The translations under genes were made by a program, and so were the position numbers. From the IMG/VR virus record IMGVR_UViG_3300044490_000111, positions 1 to 31,050 of that record: DNA of 31,050 bases; one strand, 5' to 3'. Shown one piece after another: positions 25,480 to 31,050 of the stretch (positions within the stretch are counted from its first letter, which is position 1; each line of letters opens with the position of its first letter). Below the pieces are notes generated by a model, which was not told the DNA's origin, did no database searches, and saw nothing but the letters and a program-made list of their open reading frames with translations. This stretch comes from a virus (taxonomy: Duplodnaviria; Caudoviricetes).

Positions 25480-28400
25480 GTTTTCGGCGGCGATGCCGCG
25501 CCTTCCCCCTTGTGCGCAAACTGCCCGCCGGTCTCCCGCGGATGTTCCTCTTCCCGCCAGTCTGGATCGGACTCCAGCACGCGGTTGTGACTGATTGCAC
25601 CAAGGCTCTCCACCATGCGTCGCTTTGCCGCCCACTTGCGTAGCGGACCCACGTCCCCTGCCTCCAGCCACGCGCGGAACTGCGGCATGGTCAACGCGGT
25701 CACCGGACCACACTGCCAGCCGTCCTGGTAGTTCGCAAGGTAGCCGTCGACCGCCTCTTGCTTCGTCAGGAACCCGACCATCACCTTGTGCTCGTCGAAC
25801 CCGCCATGCTGGTCGCTCTGGTCAACCACAAACACCAGCTCCGCTTCCGGATGCGGTCCCAGGAAGACGTCCACCGCGTCGCCGTCCGCCCCCTTGGTCT
25901 TCCTTCCGCCAACCTTGGCGATGTAGCCGTAGTCCCACGCCAGCTCCGATTTCCAAGGAACGCCTTCCGGAGAGACACCCCGGCGAATCGAACCCTTTGG
26001 ATTCTCAATTGCGATGTTCAGCCCCTGGACGTCGACGTGGCCCTTGGCGTAGCGACCGGATTTCCGCTGGGCATCCGTCAGTTCTGTATCCGTTCTGGCA
26101 GCAGCCAGCCTGATCGCTGTTGGCAGGTCTAACCCATTGCTACTTGCTTGCGCCTCCACCACAAACCGCGGAATTCCGTTCATTGTTCGCCAAGTGCGCG
26201 ACTCAGCGACCCTGACTCGCCCGGCCAGCATCCACAGCGGGACGTCGCCCTTTACCTGAGCCCCATGCCCATACGCCAACGAATCAGCCAGAGTGTTCCC
26301 GACTTGGCGCTCGGCGAACATCCTCTGGTTTTTCAGCTGGTCCGTATCGGGAACCAACTGTGAAATCGGGACATCGACGGCGTGGACGGCGATGTCTTGA
26401 CCGGGATACGCCATCTGGCCGAAGGTTTTCGCCATTCCAGGGTATAGCGACAGCGAGACGTATCCCGAGCGACTCTGTAGACTATGGCGCCGCTTGCCGC
26501 TCGTCTTCAGAATACCTTGCCCTTCAATGTCGTGCTTGGCGGCTGTCCCGTGGTACATCCGCAGCTTGGGACCACCCGAGAACGACGGCGGTTTCGCCCG
26601 CTGTTCTTTCAACCACGCGCTCAGCCGCTTCACGCCTTCGGGAGATGGATCAGCGTAAAACACGTCATCCCATTGGCGATCGTTCGTCAAATCGAAAGAC
26701 CCTTCATCCAGGTCTGGAGCGTGTACCTTGTCCGCTCGCTGGTAGCCTCCCTTGGCCCAGCGACCGCGATTGTCCCGTGGCTGGTCTTCGTCGTAGGCTT
26801 CGGCCACGAATCGCGGCATCCCGTTCAGGAGCTGCCACCTGGACCATAGGCTTCCGGGCCCCATGCCAGACTCGCCAACACCTTGTCGTCGTCTGTCTTG
26901 GGCGGTTCCTTGGGCTTCAACGCCCGGTCCGCCTCCAAAATCGCCTTCGCCCCCGCGCAAATCCGGTCCAACTGCTCCGCGCTGAGAACTAGCGACTCCT
27001 GCTTCCGCGAAGACGGCTTGCTTGACGGCTTGGATTGTCCGTTGCCTGACATCGGTCTTCTCCTTTTTCCCCTTTGCGGCTTTGTACTCACCCGCCCCGG
27101 CGTTGATGGCATCGGAAATCGGACCCTTCCGATTCACGAGCGTGTCGTACACAGTAAGTATTCGCTCGGCTTCGTCCGCTATTCGGCGATTTTCCTCCAG
27201 ATTCAGTACATTCCCAGCCCCGGCGACCGCTTCGGCCCTACGCTTCGACGCAACCGCTAGAAAATCGCGCACCTCCCTAGACATGTCCATCCGGATCGCC
27301 GACTTCAGCTCGTTCCGCGGAACGAACAGGCTTTCCGCGGATTCAATGTCTTCCATCCCAGGCAGAAATCCCCCCTTTCTGCCGGGCGCAGGTTCAACCC
27401 GCGGTGTCTCAGCCATCTCCCGCGACATCTCAGCGACGACCTTCAGGCTCGTTTCCTTGCCATCTTCGTCTCGCTTGGCAAGCAACCGAAACAGCTGATC
27501 CTGTAAATCGTGGTCCTTCAGGTGTTCGCCCACGGCAAGGGCCACATCCTTGTCGAGCAGCCCACGAACTAGATCGTCGAACGCCCGGTTACTCAGACCC
27601 TGCAACACCATCGCCTCTGACGCCAGCCCGCCTTTCAAGCTTACGCCGCGCTTGGCAAATTCATCCGGTGTCGCCTTGGAGTCCCGCAGAAACTTGGCGG
27701 CGTCGATCGCCGTTCCCTGCCCCTCTGCGATGTTTGTCAGGGCGCCCAACGCTCGGGCCTCGACCGCTGTCTTGGCTTCATCGTTGTCAATGTACCGGAT
27801 AGCCAAGTTGTCAACGCCCAATCTCCGCGCCAGCTCCAAGCGATGATGACCATTCACCACGTAGGTCTTGCCATCCTCCGGGTCCCGCCACACGCTGATG
27901 ACGCCAGCAAAGTTCGGGTTCCAGACTTTGACCGACTTCAACTTGTCGGTCACGCCTTCCTTGTCCACGTTCTGCTTGAACTGGAACCTGTCGGGGTCGA
28001 CTTGCAATCCGGACGTTGGGCAGTTGTAGACGTAGCCCTTGGTGATTTCTCCACCGCTCCAAGGCTGCTTGCCTTCTGCCCTGGCGCTGCCTTTTGGCTT
28101 GTCGGATTCCCGGACTGATACGGGCGCTTCCGGTTGTCGCAACTGGCGTTCAATCTCGGTCGCCGTCTCGTCGCTCGCCACCCTCCAGAACGACTTGCCG
28201 CTTGGCCGAAACTGCCACTTGCCGCCTTCAATCTTGACGTCGGATGCCTTACCGTGAACAGTGACTTGTGGTGGCGCATTCTTCGCCACAAACTGCCCGG
28301 CATTCTCTGGCTGACCGCGGGGATGCTCAGCTGAATCCCAGGATTCCACCAAGCGGTTACAGCCGTTCATGCGCAGCCACCGCGCACGCGACTCATTGAC

Positions 28401-29318
28401 TCGCTCCCCTCGTCCAATTTCGTCCCAGATTTGGTCGAGCAACGCCAGGTCTACGTCACTGTCAGATTCCACGGGACGCCCATCGCCGACCGGTTGTGAC
28501 GACAGTGACTCTGCCACGGTGTGCCTCTTGCGGGCAAGGTACTCAGTGAAGACGCGGCGTGACAAACTCCCTTCCGACAAGTCGAATGCTGCGTCCATCG
28601 TCACGCCATGCCGGTCCCACCAGTCCCGCCCATCGGCCGTCTTGAACAGGTCGCTTAGGCGGCTTGCGTTTGGAAATTGCCACTTGACCTGCTTGGCGTT
28701 GTCCAGGTCTTCAACGGCGCAGTCGAACCCGAGTCTGGGCCACACCTTGTAGCCGATCGCCTTGCGCTCTCCGCTGTCGGCTCGCTCCGCAATCAGTTCG
28801 ATCCGCTTGGCGCCGGCGCGCGATGCGCTCGCGACTAGGCTCTCCATCGCCCGAGTCATCGTGCCTCGCCCCTGACGTGATTCGTCGACGTAGGCATCGG
28901 CGATCGTTACGACCATTCCATCTTCCGGCGTTTTCTTCACCTGATACAGCAACGTGTAGTCGTCAGTCGCCATCTTGATGTGGACGTACTGTGTTCCGGA
29001 TGAAGCCACGGTCACTTCGGCAGTTTCATCCCAGTCGATTCCGACGATGCCTGCTAAGTCTTCTGGCTTGGCGCCTTTCCCAAGCATCGCGACCGCCGTC
29101 TTCTCGGGACACGATCCAACAACCTCGATTGGAGACCCCCGGCGCCGCGTCTCCCAGCCCTTGACGGCGCCTCCCGTCGTCCCGTACTCCGCGATGAAGC
29201 GCGGCGTGCCGTTGCGAACACGCCATCGCTTCGTCAGCCCCGTGGCGGCGCTTGGACGATACGCCGATACGTTCGGCAGATGGCCTGGAGTTACAGCGCA
29301 CGTCTCAGCGAGCGACAT
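25467..29318 (-). CDS. Large polyvalent protein B: GNAT + ParB-like + ART-like + inorganic pyrophosphatase domains
   Basis: 1283 aa. GNAT 'VDESRQGRG...GYKVWPRLGF'; ParB-like 'DPDRFQFK...YVVNGHHRL'; ART-like 'MYHGT...GYVSLS'; pyrophosphatase 'IENPKGS.R.G...DYGYI...GADGD.VDVF.G...FDEHKVM.GF'. Confidence 0.85.
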   Translation of the reverse strand: MSLAETCAVTPGHLPNVSAYRPSAATGLTKRWRVRNGTPRFIAEYGTTGGAVKGWETRRRGSPIEVVGSCPEKTAVAMLGKGAKPEDLAGIVGIDWDETAEVTVASSGTQYVHIKMATDDYTLLYQVKKTPEDGMVVTIADAYVDESRQGRGTMTRAMESLVASASRAGAKRIELIAERADSGERKAIGYKVWPRLGFDCAVEDLDNAKQVKWQFPNASRLSDLFKTADGRDWWDRHGVTMDAAFDLSEGSLSRRVFTEYLARKRHTVAESLSSQPVGDGRPVESDSDVDLALLDQIWDEIGRGERVNESRARWLRMNGCNRLVESWDSAEHPRGQPENAGQFVAKNAPPQVTVHGKASDVKIEGGKWQFRPSGKSFWRVASDETATEIERQLRQPEAPVSVRESDKPKGSARAEGKQPWSGGEITKGYVYNCPTSGLQVDPDRFQFKQNVDKEGVTDKLKSVKVWNPNFAGVISVWRDPEDGKTYVVNGHHRLELARRLGVDNLAIRYIDNDEAKTAVEARALGALTNIAEGQGTAIDAAKFLRDSKATPDEFAKRGVSLKGGLASEAMVLQGLSNRAFDDLVRGLLDKDVALAVGEHLKDHDLQDQLFRLLAKRDEDGKETSLKVVAEMSREMAETPRVEPAPGRKGGFLPGMEDIESAESLFVPRNELKSAIRMDMSREVRDFLAVASKRRAEAVAGAGNVLNLEENRRIADEAERILTVYDTLVNRKGPISDAINAGAGEYKAAKGKKEKTDVRQRTIQAVKQAVFAEAGVASSQRGAVGPDLRGGEGDFGGGPGVEAQGTAQDRRRQGVGESGMGPGSLWSRWQLLNGMPRFVAEAYDEDQPRDNRGRWAKGGYQRADKVHAPDLDEGSFDLTNDRQWDDVFYADPSPEGVKRLSAWLKEQRAKPPSFSGGPKLRMYHGTAAKHDIEGQGILKTSGKRRHSLQSRSGYVSLSLYPGMAKTFGQMAYPGQDIAVHAVDVPISQLVPDTDQLKNQRMFAERQVGNTLADSLAYGHGAQVKGDVPLWMLAGRVRVAESRTWRTMNGIPRFVVEAQASSNGLDLPTAIRLAAARTDTELTDAQRKSGRYAKGHVDVQGLNIAIENPKGSIRRGVSPEGVPWKSELAWDYGYIAKVGGRKTKGADGDAVDVFLGPHPEAELVFVVDQSDQHGGFDEHKVMVGFLTKQEAVDGYLANYQDGWQCGPVTALTMPQFRAWLEAGDVGPLRKWAAKRRMVESLGAISHNRVLESDPDWREEEHPRETGGQFAHKGEGAASPPKTVVS
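26825..27052 (-). CDS. Small out-of-frame gene nested inside polyprotein B
   Basis: AAGGAG lies 7 nt before the ATG at 27052; 75 aa. Differences from the copy at 20388-20654 are mostly synonymous in this frame. Confidence 0.65.
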   Translation of the reverse strand: MSGNGQSKPSSKPSSRKQESLVLSAEQLDRICAGAKAILEADRALKPKEPPKTDDDKVLASLAWGPEAYGPGGSS

Positions 29319-29338
29319 GTCTCGGACCTCCGGATACG

Positions 29339-29617
29339 TCAGATTCCGTCCGATGCCCAGAACTGGGACGCATCCGTGTCCGGATTCAACGCGCTGGAAA
29401 TCCGCTCCAGAGTCACTTTCACCGTGCCTTCTGCTAACAGCGCTTGGTCGATGGCATCCTTGATGTCACCCATGATGCCATCCGGCACGCGACCGCCATA
29501 CGCCTCGATGGCTGCCCTGCGGAGGGCCATTGCCGCCTGCCCGAATTCAACCCCGTGACCGGCCAGCTCGCACGGGTTGCCACCCATCCAGTCGTACCGT
29601 CCGCGAAATGCGCTCAT
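29339..29617 (-). CDS. Hypothetical protein
   Basis: MSAFRGRYDW... with a GGAG RBS; tight gene packing. Confidence 0.6.
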   Translation of the reverse strand: MSAFRGRYDWMGGNPCELAGHGVEFGQAAMALRRAAIEAYGGRVPDGIMGDIKDAIDQALLAEGTVKVTLERISSALNPDTDASQFWASDGI

Positions 29618-29619
29618 TG

Positions 29620-29955
29620 TCAATCTCCGAAGATTGGCCACTCTGGGTGCTCGCCAGAATTGACGGCGGCTGGCGACCTGCTTTCCGTGATGATCGTCGC
29701 CGCCCTGCACAGCTTCGCAGCGTCCAGATCGGTCCATTCCGCCAAGTCTACCCGCCCCTGAATCAGCACATCCACGACACGCATCACAGCATGCTTGTCG
29801 ATGTACACGCCCACGGCCAATTTCTCGTTCTCCCGAAGCCTGGGACGCTCCACCGGATCGTCGACGAAGACGTACCGGATGAACTGCGTCGCCTGACGCA
29901 CGCGATCAATGCCGGACTGGTCAAGGTATGCCTGGACTGCGAATTGCTGCGTCAT
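29620..29955 (-). CDS. Hypothetical protein
   Basis: 111 aa, tight gene packing. Confidence 0.6.
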   Translation of the reverse strand: MTQQFAVQAYLDQSGIDRVRQATQFIRYVFVDDPVERPRLRENEKLAVGVYIDKHAVMRVVDVLIQGRVDLAEWTDLDAAKLCRAATIITESRSPAAVNSGEHPEWPIFGD

Positions 29956-30042
29956 GGTGTCATTCCAAACAAGGCGGTGGTCTCCGATGCTGGTCGTTCC
30001 CTCCCATGTGGGAGTCGTAGACCTTTCGCAATACCTCTCGGT

Positions 30043-30267
30043 TCACGGTTCCCGACGGTAATTCGCTGCCACCGGGCGAATCTTGTCCTCTTCGTCCCAG
30101 GATTCGACCACCCGCGGGCAGCCGTTGACCACATGCCACGATTCCTCGGCGTCGCCCTGCTCGGTCGCTTCCTCCGGCACATCTTCGACCAGCGGTCCGC
30201 CAGCATCTGCATGCCCGTCCGGCAACTCAATCCGCCGCGTGAACAGTTCCGGCAATGCGCCCATCAC
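30043..30267 (-). CDS. Small acidic protein ending in a spacer motif (possibly a truncated polyprotein)
   Basis: GAGG RBS; ends ...EESWHVVNGCPRVVESWDEEDKIR... Confidence 0.5.
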   Translation of the reverse strand: MMGALPELFTRRIELPDGHADAGGPLVEDVPEEATEQGDAEESWHVVNGCPRVVESWDEEDKIRPVAANYRREP

Positions 30268-30301
30268 TACGCCCTCGCAAAGAACACCGGACGTGCACCT
30301 C

Positions 30302-31050
30302 TCACACTAGGTCCCACTCGCGCCACAGCTTGTAGCACCGCGGGAACATCTCCCTTGCCTTGTCTGGATCCTTCACCACCAGCCGCCCAAACTCGGCAAA
30401 GCCCTCCGACGCATTCTTCTGCGCGTAGCGACTCAGGGTCTCTGGCGGCGCCATTGGAGACTCCGCCGTGAAAAACGGAATCTCCGTCTTCCACTTGTGT
30501 TCCTCCTCGAACTGGCTTCCGTCTTCGCGCGTTCGACGAATCGTGATAGCCAGATGCTTGCCAAACTTCCCTTTCGTTAGCACTTCAGCCGCGACAACCT
30601 CCACCAACTCTTTACCGTAGTACAGCCGATCCCCAGACTTTACTTCAGACGCTGGTTTCCCGACTCGGTACGTCACCTTCTCGCCGTCATTCACCACGCC
30701 AATCAATTGATCCTTGGCCGATCCAATCTCTGCCCTCCACGCATTGCCCCATTTACGCGACGAACTGTACGTGTCTTTCGGCCCATCAATCGCGTGGGTC
30801 ATCTCGTGCGAGTATGTCCCTTCCGGGTCAGGGATGCCAACTCCCGTCAGATGCAGCCTCCCAACGCCGGTGGTCGGATTGGACGTGTAGCAGCCATAGA
30901 CAGTCCCCTGGGTCTCCTTGACTCCCTGCGATTGTAGTTCCACTTGGTCAATGTAGACAGTCACGTTGGCCTTGCTGATTTCCTCCAGCGCTTTGGCGCC
31001 AAACCTCGACACTACCTTGTCGAGCGTCGCCCGCGCAACCTGTACCGTGG
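30302..31050 (-). CDS. C-terminal zincin metallopeptidase domain (lethal-factor/MPTase-like) of a gene starting outside the window
   Basis: 'HEMTHAID' (HExxH) and 'SRYA..NASEGFAE'. The frame appears open to the window edge. Confidence 0.8.
   Translation of the reverse strand, partial: TVQVARATLDKVVSRFGAKALEEISKANVTVYIDQVELQSQGVKETQGTVYGCYTSNPTTGVGRLHLTGVGIPDPEGTYSHEMTHAIDGPKDTYSSSRKWGNAWRAEIGSAKDQLIGVVNDGEKVTYRVGKPASEVKSGDRLYYGKELVEVVAAEVLTKGKFGKHLAITIRRTREDGSQFEEEHKWKTEIPFFTAESPMAPPETLSRYAQKNASEGFAEFGRLVVKDPDKAREMFPRCYKLWREWDLV

Noticed and set aside
20464-26977. The 125-nt near-duplicate as a DGR template/variable repeat pair
   Set aside because: There is no reverse transcriptase in the window, the mismatches are not adenine-specific, and they are mostly synonymous in one frame.
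30480-30700. Insert in the peptidase ('ASEVKSGDRL') as an intein/Hint domain
   Set aside because: It is too short and lacks the N-terminal Cys/Ser block and C-terminal HN motif; a small beta-barrel insert is more likely.
246-30937. Many long + strand ORFs (e.g. 6176-7285, 9507-10460, 13373-14992, 29530-30471)
   Set aside because: They are antisense shadows of well-supported - strand genes in high-GC DNA and show no recognisable motifs.

Overview
A 31-kb segment of a high-GC tailed (siphovirus-like) phage or prophage, with almost all genes on the - strand. Reading right to left, an unusually large cargo region (about 12.5-31 kb) holds two 'polyvalent' polyproteins (GNAT, ParB-like, ADP-ribosyltransferase-like and inorganic pyrophosphatase domains), a zincin peptidase, a MuF-like head protein and small accessory genes. 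It is followed by the prohead protease, scaffold, head decoration/fibre, major capsid, head-tail, tail tube and G/GT chaperone genes, and the start of a probable tape measure gene. Three things stand out. (1) A repeated spacer, W-x3-(N)G-x-P-x-hydrophobic-E, separates the cargo domains and recurs in the capsid and protease propeptides. It resembles a capsid-targeting and protease-cleavage address for packaged enzymes. (2) A 5,166-bp IS1-family element with perfect 35-bp terminal inverted repeats carries an MmeI-like restriction-modification gene, a non-canonical 9/3 'allo-tRNA' and a hairpin-rich upstream region. (3) A small gene is nested out of frame inside one polyprotein, and the IS carries a homolog of it. 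All functional calls come from motif recognition by eye; no database search was run.
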